Shown: piece by piece, positions 16,599 to 24,000 of the stretch
How positions within the stretch are numbered: the stretch's first letter is position 1
How the letters are laid out: each line of letters opens with the position of its first letter
From: Marispirochaeta sp.
GTDB taxonomy: Bacteria; Spirochaetota; Spirochaetia; JC444; Marispirochaetaceae
Length of the DNA: 24,000 nt
Assembly: GCF_963668165.2 (NCBI RefSeq)
Contig: NZ_CAXXFY010000001.1
Location: 2,309,745-2,333,744 of the forward strand
Direction: 5' to 3'
Notes under the pieces: generated by a model
Told to the model about the DNA's origin: nothing
What the model saw: only the letters and a program-made list of their open reading frames with translations
Database searches by the model: none
Made by a program: the position numbers and the translations under genes

Positions 16599-18102
16599 TC
16601 TCGATGTTTTTAAACAGGGTCTCAAAAGTAGACAGGAGAGATCCTTTTTGATAGAACGGATCTTTACGGATTTCCTGGAGTTCATTCTTAATGAGTTTTT
16701 CCCCCACCGCTTTTGTTTCGGGAGATGCGTAATCGTCAAGATACTCTCGAAAGGTCAGTACGGCGTTCAGTTTACAGAATTTCCCCTCTATGCAGTTTTT
16801 TAGAAGTCCCATAATCTTAGCACCTGTTCTTCCACAGCGATAACCGGCGGTACAGAAGGATGATATCATCCCCATTTCTGCGCATTCCCTGATAACAGAG
16901 TCAAGGCGTCGGGTTTCTCCAAGGGTAAACTGCTGCCGCTCTTGATCCTGATCTCCGGGATACTCCTTTTGTTTCTGAAGTTCCTCAAGGGCTTCTGTGT
17001 ACCCTCCAATACCGATCCTGGTTGAAGCATCAGTCTGGGTGCATCCAACCTGTATAACCTCTTTTTTTATTCCTGGAGCTTCTCTGGCAGTGATGATAAG
17101 CCCAGTATAGGGAACCGACAGTCGTAGTACAGTGACCAGCTTTTTGAAATCGAAATCATGGACTATGTATGAGGAGTTCCTACTCATCGCGGAACCGCTG
17201 GCTGGAGTCATGCGCGGGAAAGAGATTGTGTGAGGTCCGATTCCGAAGTGATGTTCAAGGTCTATGGCATGATATAAAAGACCCATTACCTCGAATCTCC
17301 AGTCATACAGCCCGAACAGGGCTCCAGTAGCGACATCATCAATTCCAGCGTCCATCGCTCTATGGAGGGCATATAAGCGCCAACGGTAATTTCCTTTTAT
17401 AGTGTTTAAAGGATGAACTGCAGCATACGTCGCCTTGTGGTAGGTTTCCTGAAAAACCTGATAGGTCCCGATGCCAACCTGCCAGAGTTTTCGAAGATCT
17501 TTAATCGACATGGGAGCGGCATTAACATTAACACGGCGAATTTGTCCGAATCCTTTACCACGGGATGCTGGTTTTCTGACCTCATAGACTGATCTGATGG
17601 TATCGCACATATAATCGGCATCGGAAAGGGGATGTTCTCCGTAGACGATCATCATTCTCTTATGTCCTTCGTCTACCATTACCTCTGTTTCACTTTTTAC
17701 CTCTTTCATGCTTAATCTGCGTCGTTTTTCGTTCCTGTTTTCTGATCTGAATCCACAATAAGCGCAGTTGTTTACACAGTAGTTAGAGCAGTATAGTGGC
17801 GCAAAGAACACGATTCGATTGTCATAGACTTTCTTCTTTATTTTAAGACCGGTTTCATACATCTCCTGCCAGATATCACTATCCTGAACATTTAACAGCA
17901 TAGCGGTTTCTTTCGGCTCAAGCCGTTCAATTGAAAGCGACTTGGCCAGTATATCACGTATCTGTTTTTTATCCGTTTTTCGCTTACTCTGAAGTAATAA
18001 TTGAATCCTCTTCTCATTAATAAAATCTTCGCCGTTGATGAGATACTTGTCGATCTCATCCTTTTTGATCACTTGCCTGGTCCATTCCTTTGCGTCTAAC
18101 AT
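16573..18102 (-). CDS. hydG: HydG/ThiH-family radical SAM enzyme (HydG-like tyrosine lyase) with a variant C-terminal Cys motif
   Basis: The ATG at 18102 follows AAGGAGAG; the ORF-track start at 18135 is 11 codons upstream. Radical SAM motif: APLYCSNYCVNNCAYCGF. The N-terminal and C-terminal regions look HydG-like (ILAKSL...LLNV; SFCTAGYRCGRTG...FCKLNAVLTFREYLDDY). Confidence 0.7.
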   Translation of the reverse strand: MLDAKEWTRQVIKKDEIDKYLINGEDFINEKRIQLLLQSKRKTDKKQIRDILAKSLSIERLEPKETAMLLNVQDSDIWQEMYETGLKIKKKVYDNRIVFFAPLYCSNYCVNNCAYCGFRSENRNEKRRRLSMKEVKSETEVMVDEGHKRMMIVYGEHPLSDADYMCDTIRSVYEVRKPASRGKGFGQIRRVNVNAAPMSIKDLRKLWQVGIGTYQVFQETYHKATYAAVHPLNTIKGNYRWRLYALHRAMDAGIDDVATGALFGLYDWRFEVMGLLYHAIDLEHHFGIGPHTISFPRMTPASGSAMSRNSSYIVHDFDFKKLVTVLRLSVPYTGLIITAREAPGIKKEVIQVGCTQTDASTRIGIGGYTEALEELQKQKEYPGDQDQERQQFTLGETRRLDSVIRECAEMGMISSFCTAGYRCGRTGAKIMGLLKNCIEGKFCKLNAVLTFREYLDDYASPETKAVGEKLIKNELQEIRKDPFYQKGSLLSTFETLFKNIENGQRDVYI

Positions 18103-18123
18103 TATTCTCTCCTTGTTGTCAGA

Positions 18124-18287
18124 CTGATTCAGCATGAGTTGGAATGGAGGTGTATTATTAAAGGAGTAATTATCTTATTCTACTCAAAAAGCATAGGGTA
18201 ATTTAAAAACAACTACCATATTCAATTACCTGAGTATTATATCGATATCCCTGCTCCTCATTTCCATTCCCCTGACGTCTGAATCAG
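18124..18287. repeat. ~165-bp imperfect nested palindrome in the hydG-like upstream region; candidate structured 5' leader or ncRNA
   Basis: Complementary pairs read from the sequence: CTGATTCAG 18124-18132 / CTGAATCAG 18279-18287; GGAATGGA 18141-18148 / TCCATTCC 18263-18270; AGGAG 18162-18166 / CTCCT 18254-18258; TACTCA 18181-18186 / TGAGTA 18231-18236; GGTAATT 18197-18203 / AATTACC 18224-18230. All pairs are properly nested. Confidence 0.6.
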
Positions 18288-18480
18288 ATCCTTCGCTTCA
18301 GGTCATAAAAATGGTTCCAAATAGTTAAAACTATCGGGTTTAAATCGATAAAATATTAACGTATTCCCTTGTTTGTATCAAGTGTGTGTTTCCGTAAAAC
18401 GTTATATACTTTTTATTGAGGAATGCAAGCAGCTTAATAATGGATGGTGTTTACCGATATTATCTGATAGTGGTGAAGTC

Positions 18481-19761
18481 ATGAATAGGATTCTCATTGT
18501 TGTGATCCTGTTAATTACAGGATACTTCTGTGTCTTCGGGCAAGGTTTCTTTTCCGGTTTATCAGAAACCCGCGGAATTCCCGATGCGGTTGATCTCAGG
18601 ACTTCCCTGCGCTCATCCATAACAGGATCAGCCTGGACTGTCCGGCGCCTGCCTGCACAGACGTATACAAGCGAAACAGCCGGAACCCTGGTGAGATTCC
18701 AGGTTGTGACGCAAAATGAGGCCCTCTATATACTGCTTGTCAACAACCGTGAAGGAAGTTACCCTCTCTACAGCGCGGGTACGTATATTATCAAACGCAG
18801 CATTGACGACGGGAGCTTTATTCAGGCAAAGATTTTTTTGAAGAATGACCCCGACACCTTTGTCCGCCTGTTTCCTTTTAAAGACCGGGCAAAACTTGAG
18901 CTTTATCTCTACGGGACCCTTATTCACCAGGACCTGGTCCTTCCCCTCTCGTTTGAGGAGCTTCTGTTTTCTCCATTCAGCCGGCTGGTTTCTCTTACCT
19001 CCGGCAGGATTGACTGGGCCCGGATTTTACCTGGACCTCCGGAATCGCGATCCGAGATTGCCGGAATGATCGATGCCGTCCGGGATAAGCTTCCATTTCT
19101 TCCTGACATGGAGGATGGTGCAATGGATGATGCGGGCCGCTTTGTCTACATTGAGACAGGCGAGCGGGAGAGCGGGGGCGGATTTAACTGCTCCGGCTTT
19201 GCCAAGTATGTCGCCGATGGTATTTATTACGGCCGCCATGGGCGGCTTATGCCGATTCAACCATTAAAAATGAAGCATCCGGATTTACGGGGGGACCCCT
19301 GGTCAAGACGTTTCGAAGATGAACGGGATCCCTTCTTTGGCCTGGACTGGACAAGGAATATCGGTCATATCCTTAACGGAAGAGCCAATGGAAGCTATGA
19401 AGCCATGGATGTCCGTGATGTTCCCCATGCCCGGTATATTGAGGATGTGGGCTATCCGATGGAGAAGCTCAAAGCAGTTCTCTACTATCTGGCTTTGAAA
19501 TTTCCCGGGTCTTTTTATCTTGGATCGGTCAACGCGCAATTCGGGACCGATCCGGTACTGCGGCAGCACATACATGTTGTTGTTTTGATGCCTTACATTA
19601 ACAGGAAAGGCGATCTGGTTGCAGCGGTATTTGAGCGGAACACAGAGACCAGTGTGGAATCTCTTTTACGGCGGTATCCTGGAGAGAACATTCATCTGAC
19701 CCGCGTCCAGGGGAGCAGGGATTTTACACTTCCGCCAGTGCCTGCGGAAAATATGGATTAG
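18481..19761 (+). CDS. Secreted or lipoprotein-like hypothetical protein with a possible papain-fold (NlpC/P60-like) Cys/His motif
   Basis: I prefer the ATG at 18481 (MNRILIVVILLITGYFCVFG signal peptide, possible lipobox Cys) over the ORF-track start at 18373. GGGFNCSGFAKYVADGIYYG resembles the catalytic-Cys motif of NlpC/P60-type enzymes. A later QHIHVVVLMPY is a candidate His. Confidence 0.65.
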   Translation: MNRILIVVILLITGYFCVFGQGFFSGLSETRGIPDAVDLRTSLRSSITGSAWTVRRLPAQTYTSETAGTLVRFQVVTQNEALYILLVNNREGSYPLYSAGTYIIKRSIDDGSFIQAKIFLKNDPDTFVRLFPFKDRAKLELYLYGTLIHQDLVLPLSFEELLFSPFSRLVSLTSGRIDWARILPGPPESRSEIAGMIDAVRDKLPFLPDMEDGAMDDAGRFVYIETGERESGGGFNCSGFAKYVADGIYYGRHGRLMPIQPLKMKHPDLRGDPWSRRFEDERDPFFGLDWTRNIGHILNGRANGSYEAMDVRDVPHARYIEDVGYPMEKLKAVLYYLALKFPGSFYLGSVNAQFGTDPVLRQHIHVVVLMPYINRKGDLVAAVFERNTETSVESLLRRYPGENIHLTRVQGSRDFTLPPVPAENMD

Positions 19762-19825
19762 CTCCCCTTAGGACATCGTAAAAGAGTTTTGAATCCTGCA
19801 GATAATTGAGGTACATTTAGCCTAT

Positions 19826-22666
19826 ATGAGAAATGCCGTGAAAAGTTTCTATTGTTTCCTGGTTTTCGGTTTGTTTGTGTCAGCGGTCCCTGTAATTGCC
19901 GCTGATCCCGGAGATTTGCTCTTTCGCGAGGGAAGCGCCCGCTTCGAAAGGGGTGACTATTCCGGAGCCGCTGAAAGATACCGGAATTTTGTGCGCCGCT
20001 ACCCGAAAAGCGAGTATTATCCGGAAGCCCTTTACCGCCTGGGGATCTCTTCCATAAAGACAGGAGACTACGAGAATGGCATAGAACTTTTGCGCCGCCT
20101 TGAGGCACGCTATCCCGGAGGGCGCTTCCGAACCGCCTTCTGGCTGGGGCTTGGGTATGATGCTGCGGGAGATTTGGAGAATGCCCTTGCCTCCTGGGAC
20201 CGGTATATAAGCAGTGAGGATACGGTATACCGCAGGGAAGCTCTTGTAGCTGCGGCCTACGCCAGGGCCGAAAACGGCGACCCTGCGACCGCGGAGGACC
20301 TGCTCCTTAGTCTTGAAGGCTACGACCGGGATTTCTTCATCCGCCGGGGCGGACTTGACCTGCTCGCTGAGCTGTACCGTACAGCAGGGGCCTATATGAA
20401 AATTACTGATCTTGCGGCGCGCCTGGAAGCGGTACCAATCGAAAATCTGCCTTCAGGTTTTCTTCTTACCCTTGGAGAAGCGCACCGTCAGCAGGGAGCT
20501 CTCGCCAGTGCGGAAGAACTCTTCCGCACTGTAATTGACTCGGGTTCTCCGGATTTGCGGGCTTCGGCCTACGGCCGTCTTTTTTCATTATATGAGGCCG
20601 CCGGACGGCTGCCGGAGATGGAAAGACTTGTGCTTGATGCCGAAAACCAGCTTGCCGGAGACCGGCAGGCCCTGGCTGCGTTCTGGTTTCGTGCCGGGGC
20701 GGTATTATCAACCCGGGGGTCCTCAACTGACGGTATCGGCTATCTGAAGCGGGCGTGGGACGTTCGTCATCAGGTTGAGCCTCCGGAGACCCTGCCTGTT
20801 TTCTATGCCCAGGCTCTGCTGGCCATGGATGACGTGGAGGGGGCTGTTGAGATCCTTGAAGACGCCCTTAATGAAGGTATCGGTGATCCTCAGCGCATAC
20901 GCTACAGACTGGCTGCGGCGCATTCACGCCAGGATGACTGGTCAGCAGTGAAGGAGCTCCTTGCTCCTCTCACTTCACCTCTGGATGCCCCTGCTGCTCT
21001 TCTTTTAGCTCAGGCGTACCTGCGGCTGCAGGAGTATTCAGAAGGCCTTGCCGTGTCCTCAGCTGCACTGGAGAGCATACCGCCTCCGGAATGGCATGCT
21101 GGTCTGCTTAAAGTCACGTGGCAGCTCCAGGCGGCAGCGGGTGAATACAATGGGGCGGTGAAGACATATTCGCAATACATGAGGGTAACCGGAGGGCAGG
21201 ATGATTCTGTAGATCTTCAGTACATAAGACTTTTGTTCAATGCCGGGCTCTATAATCAGGTGGCACGCAGGATCCCGCCAAAGGATGCCCGGCTGGAGGC
21301 GCAGCTGTTGCGGGGTATGGCTCTTATCGGAATGGAAGAGTACGGTGAGGCCAGGGAAACCCTGGCCTCATTAAGAACCGCTGAATTAACTTCCGATTAT
21401 CGACGCTTCAGGGATTACTATCTTTCATGGAGTATCTATCGCATGGGAGATTATTCCCGTGCTTTACAGGGATTCCGGAATTTTCGTAATACGTATCCGG
21501 ATTCCCCCCTGGCGTCTGAAGTTGCCTGGTACGGAGGCTGGTCAGCCTTCTCCCTCAAAAACTACAGCGCCGCCGCGGAACTCTTTGGGGCCTGTGATCC
21601 TTCGGGACCCAGGGGACGCGAAGCCCTTCTTGCCCGCGCCCGCGCCCTGGCTGCAGATGGACGCAGAGGAGAGGCGCTTTTATTAGCAGAGAGTTATCTT
21701 GGTGAGTATGCCGAACAGGGAGGTGATGAGGCCCTCTATCTTATATTTGAAATACACCTGGATAGCGCTAATCTTGATGGAAGCTCCGAAGCACTTTCAC
21801 GAATGGAGCGGGAGTATCCGTCGAGTCCCTGGACCTCCAGGGCTCTGTTCCGTCAGGCTATGGGAAACCTGGACGCCGGTAACTATGACAGGGCGGCAGC
21901 GGGTTTTGATGCTTACCGCAGGCTTTTTCCATCCGGAGAGTATACCGAAGAATCCTTTTTTTACCGGGCAGAGACTGCCGCCGCGGCTGGTGAAACACGG
22001 CTTGCCCTTTTATTGTGGGAGCGGCTTGTCCGGGAGTATCCTGAAAGTCCTCTGCGGCCCAGGGCCCTTGCTCTGCGGGGGGAGCAGCTGACAGAACTGG
22101 GGGAATATAAAGATGCCCTGGAATCCTATTCCATACTGTTGCGGGAGTATCCCGCCCAGGCGGAACAGCTTGGAATCAGGGCAGAGATTTCCCGCCTGGA
22201 ATCCCTGCTGGTCTCTCCAGGATCGGAATATCGCCGTTTATTGAGTAAGGCAGAATCTGCCGGAGGTACCGGCTCCCGGGAGGGCCGGGCTCTTTTAATC
22301 CGGGCAGTTCAGAGTGCCATAGCCGAAGGCCGGGCGGAGGATTTTAATGATGCCGGCAGGGCCCTCAGGCGGCTGCTTGACGCCTTACCTGAAGACAGGG
22401 CGGAGCAGGGACACATCTTTTTTGTTGCCGGTGAGTATGCTTTCCGGCGCAATGAATACTCCGAGGCGGCCTCCCGGTATCTCCGGGCGGCTTCGGCAAT
22501 GCCTGGAGATCAGGATTTTACCGCCCAGGCCCTCTACCGCTCCGCTCAGATGTCTCTTTATGCCGGAGACAGGGCTGCCTATACTGCGGTCCTGGACCGT
22601 CTGCGGCGCAATTTCCCCGGCAGTCCCTGGATTGAGGCTGCGGAATCCCTGGGGGAGAAAAGATGA
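19826..22666 (+). CDS. Large periplasmic TPR-repeat protein (YbgF/BamD-like TPR units)
   Basis: Signal peptide MRNAVKSFYCFLVFGLFVSAVPVIAADP. The 946-aa protein is Ala/Leu/Arg-rich and helical. It repeats the signature x-Y-x-x-A-x-x-x-F/Y-x-x-x-x-x-x-YP-x-S (for example YRNFVRRYPKSEYYPEALYRLG, FRNTYPDSPLASEVAWY, MEREYPSSPWTSRALF, LVREYPESPLRPRAL, LRRNFPGSPWIEAAE). Confidence 0.85.
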   Translation: MRNAVKSFYCFLVFGLFVSAVPVIAADPGDLLFREGSARFERGDYSGAAERYRNFVRRYPKSEYYPEALYRLGISSIKTGDYENGIELLRRLEARYPGGRFRTAFWLGLGYDAAGDLENALASWDRYISSEDTVYRREALVAAAYARAENGDPATAEDLLLSLEGYDRDFFIRRGGLDLLAELYRTAGAYMKITDLAARLEAVPIENLPSGFLLTLGEAHRQQGALASAEELFRTVIDSGSPDLRASAYGRLFSLYEAAGRLPEMERLVLDAENQLAGDRQALAAFWFRAGAVLSTRGSSTDGIGYLKRAWDVRHQVEPPETLPVFYAQALLAMDDVEGAVEILEDALNEGIGDPQRIRYRLAAAHSRQDDWSAVKELLAPLTSPLDAPAALLLAQAYLRLQEYSEGLAVSSAALESIPPPEWHAGLLKVTWQLQAAAGEYNGAVKTYSQYMRVTGGQDDSVDLQYIRLLFNAGLYNQVARRIPPKDARLEAQLLRGMALIGMEEYGEARETLASLRTAELTSDYRRFRDYYLSWSIYRMGDYSRALQGFRNFRNTYPDSPLASEVAWYGGWSAFSLKNYSAAAELFGACDPSGPRGREALLARARALAADGRRGEALLLAESYLGEYAEQGGDEALYLIFEIHLDSANLDGSSEALSRMEREYPSSPWTSRALFRQAMGNLDAGNYDRAAAGFDAYRRLFPSGEYTEESFFYRAETAAAAGETRLALLLWERLVREYPESPLRPRALALRGEQLTELGEYKDALESYSILLREYPAQAEQLGIRAEISRLESLLVSPGSEYRRLLSKAESAGGTGSREGRALLIRAVQSAIAEGRAEDFNDAGRALRRLLDALPEDRAEQGHIFFVAGEYAFRRNEYSEAASRYLRAASAMPGDQDFTAQALYRSAQMSLYAGDRAAYTAVLDRLRRNFPGSPWIEAAESLGEKR

Positions 22667-24000
22667 ATTATCTTCGATATTTTTTACTGATAGCAGTTTT
22701 GCTTGTGTTCCCTTTCTCTCTGCCCGCCCAGGAGGCGGCGGATGATGAAGAACCGGATGTGGAACTGCCGGAGCTTACCTTGAGTTTTGAGGATATCTTT
22801 GGCGAGGAACTCCCCCTGATTGAACTGGAGCTCGAAGAAGCTATGGCCCCGGGGCTGCCGGAGCTTTCCGAACCCCTGGGAGTGCTGCAGGTACGGCCTC
22901 ATACAATCGACCTGCCTGCGCCGGTTTTTGATACTCTTCCATACGGGAGTGATTCTGCTCCTCTCTACGGCAGGGGCTATATCGGTTTTGGCACATCAAA
23001 CTCTTTGCTGGGAGAAATCGAGATTGCCACCCTGGGGGCCGATCCCGGGTTCGGGCTCTTTTACTCACACCGGTCACTTGACGGTTTCGGCGGAAATTCC
23101 CCGGGGGAGGGCTACACCTTTCGCCGTGAAGAAGCCCGGGTTAAAGCCGATTATGCCGGGTTCGGCGGCGACGCTTTCTTTTCCGGCTCCTTCGTTGAGG
23201 AGGAACGGGGCCTGCAGGGGGAGCCGCAGTTCTCGTCTACCCTGTACAGAACAATGGGGGCGGAAGGGGGCTACGAGCTCCCTCCCGACAGGGGCTGGTA
23301 CGGTGGTGCCAGTTTTGCGCTGGACGGTGCCTATCAGAACCTTTCAGGCACGGCTCCGGAGGATACAACCCACCTGACCCTTACACCAATCTTCAAAGGC
23401 GGTTATGCCTGGTCTTCGGTCATACTGGGTGCCGAAGGACGGTACAGTTTTCGTTCCGGCTCGCAAGGGGATTACATCCAGCTTTTGCGGCTGGACCTGG
23501 GTGCCGAGGGGGACTTAAGTCCCCGGGTCGGATTTATTGCCACTGCAGGTCTTGGCTATACCCTGGATGAAGATCTCCGTTTCCCCTTTTCATTGCTCAT
23601 TAGTGCGGGGATCAGCGAGAATCTGAGCATGGAAGCCTCGGGGGGATTTTATCATGAGTTTGCGGACTACTCCTCGCTGCTCTCCGCCTACCCCTTTCTG
23701 CGCATACCTGAGGAGCCGCTGGCTATGGAGGAAGGCTGGGAAGGAGAGCTCTCTTTCAGGCTGAGACTGGGACAGGATCTCTATCTGAGAGCAGGCAGCT
23801 CTCTGACGGCGGGTACACGCTATCGGGCCGGTGAGGATTCCGAGGCCGCTTCACCCCTGCTTCCTGTGGTGGACGAGGACGTTCGGGAGGTGAGTCCCCG
23901 GGGAAGTCTTGAGTTCCCCCTGGGAAAATCCTTTTTTGGCAGTTTTTCTGCAGGTTTGCGATATGATTATCAGGAGTCGAGCATGGAAGCCTTTGATATC
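22663..24000 (+). CDS. Putative outer-membrane beta-barrel protein, 3'-truncated by window end
   Basis: Absent from the ORF track because there is no stop in the window. The ATG at 22663 overlaps the TPR stop (ATGA, 22663-22666), and the frame is open for 446 codons to base 24000. Signal peptide MNYLRYFLLIAVLLVFPFSLPAQEA. The body is rich in Gly/aromatic alternating strands (GFGLFYSHRSLDGFGG, GWYGGASFALDGAYQNL, RVGFIATAGLGYTL). Confidence 0.7.
   Translation, partial: MNYLRYFLLIAVLLVFPFSLPAQEAADDEEPDVELPELTLSFEDIFGEELPLIELELEEAMAPGLPELSEPLGVLQVRPHTIDLPAPVFDTLPYGSDSAPLYGRGYIGFGTSNSLLGEIEIATLGADPGFGLFYSHRSLDGFGGNSPGEGYTFRREEARVKADYAGFGGDAFFSGSFVEEERGLQGEPQFSSTLYRTMGAEGGYELPPDRGWYGGASFALDGAYQNLSGTAPEDTTHLTLTPIFKGGYAWSSVILGAEGRYSFRSGSQGDYIQLLRLDLGAEGDLSPRVGFIATAGLGYTLDEDLRFPFSLLISAGISENLSMEASGGFYHEFADYSSLLSAYPFLRIPEEPLAMEEGWEGELSFRLRLGQDLYLRAGSSLTAGTRYRAGEDSEAASPLLPVVDEDVREVSPRGSLEFPLGKSFFGSFSAGLRYDYQESSMEAFDI

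Noticed and set aside
16417-16803. A 128-aa plus-strand ORF opposite the HydG-like 3' end and the small ORF.
   Set aside because: It is antisense to better-supported minus-strand genes and has no RBS or recognisable motif.
16573-18102. Calling the radical SAM gene and the adjacent small ORF a RiPP (peptide-modification) pair.
   Set aside because: The enzyme is clearly of the HydG/ThiH tyrosine-lyase type rather than SPASM or RiPP-maturase type. The 102-aa partner lies downstream and does not resemble a leader-core precursor.
18373-18480. The upstream TTG/ATG extension of the secreted-protein ORF, and the 18135 start of the HydG-like ORF.
   Set aside because: The extensions lie in AT-rich intergenic DNA. 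The internal ATGs begin a signal peptide at 18481 or follow a strong AAGGAGAG RBS at 18102.
20466-23377. Off-frame and antisense ORFs within the TPR and barrel genes (for example 21699-22091, 22347-22745 and 22820-23377 on +, and 22841-23077 on -).
   Set aside because: These are GC-rich off-frame artefacts. The main frames give coherent TPR and beta-strand proteins with signal peptides.

Overview
Bacterial chromosomal window. Gene content and order suggest a spirochaete-like organism (inference, low confidence). Most of it is core housekeeping, and I see no clear novel system. Positions 1-4813 hold the end of the spc operon and the alpha operon (rplO partial, secY, rpmJ, rpsM, rpsK, rpsD, rpoA, rplQ), closed by a clean rho-independent terminator. 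Positions 4960-8211 encode a 1083-aa two-TM protein. Its cytoplasmic part carries a ~550-bp in-frame 9/18-bp tandem array encoding (EEAEEL/EEAEEP)n, including 10 perfectly identical 18-bp copies. Positions 8306-12319 form an RNA-metabolism cluster: rny, a ymdB-like phosphoesterase, tlyA and a class I methyltransferase. Next come a GerMN-domain membrane protein (-) and a divergent, apparently leaderless ptsI that overlaps der. A lower-GC islet on the minus strand follows. It holds a HydG-like radical SAM enzyme with a non-canonical C-terminal Cys motif, a coupled 102-aa unknown ORF, and a ~165-bp nested palindrome in the leader. The window ends with three signal-peptide proteins: a Cys/His protein, a 946-aa TPR protein and a translationally coupled putative beta-barrel that is open at the window end. 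I saw no tRNA, rRNA, CRISPR, IS/transposase or integrase. The candidates worth follow-up are the acidic-repeat membrane protein, the HydG-like islet with its leader structure, the TPR/barrel envelope module, and a compositional mosaic whose first boundary appears to fall inside rny. All functional calls come from motif recognition by eye; no database search was possible.
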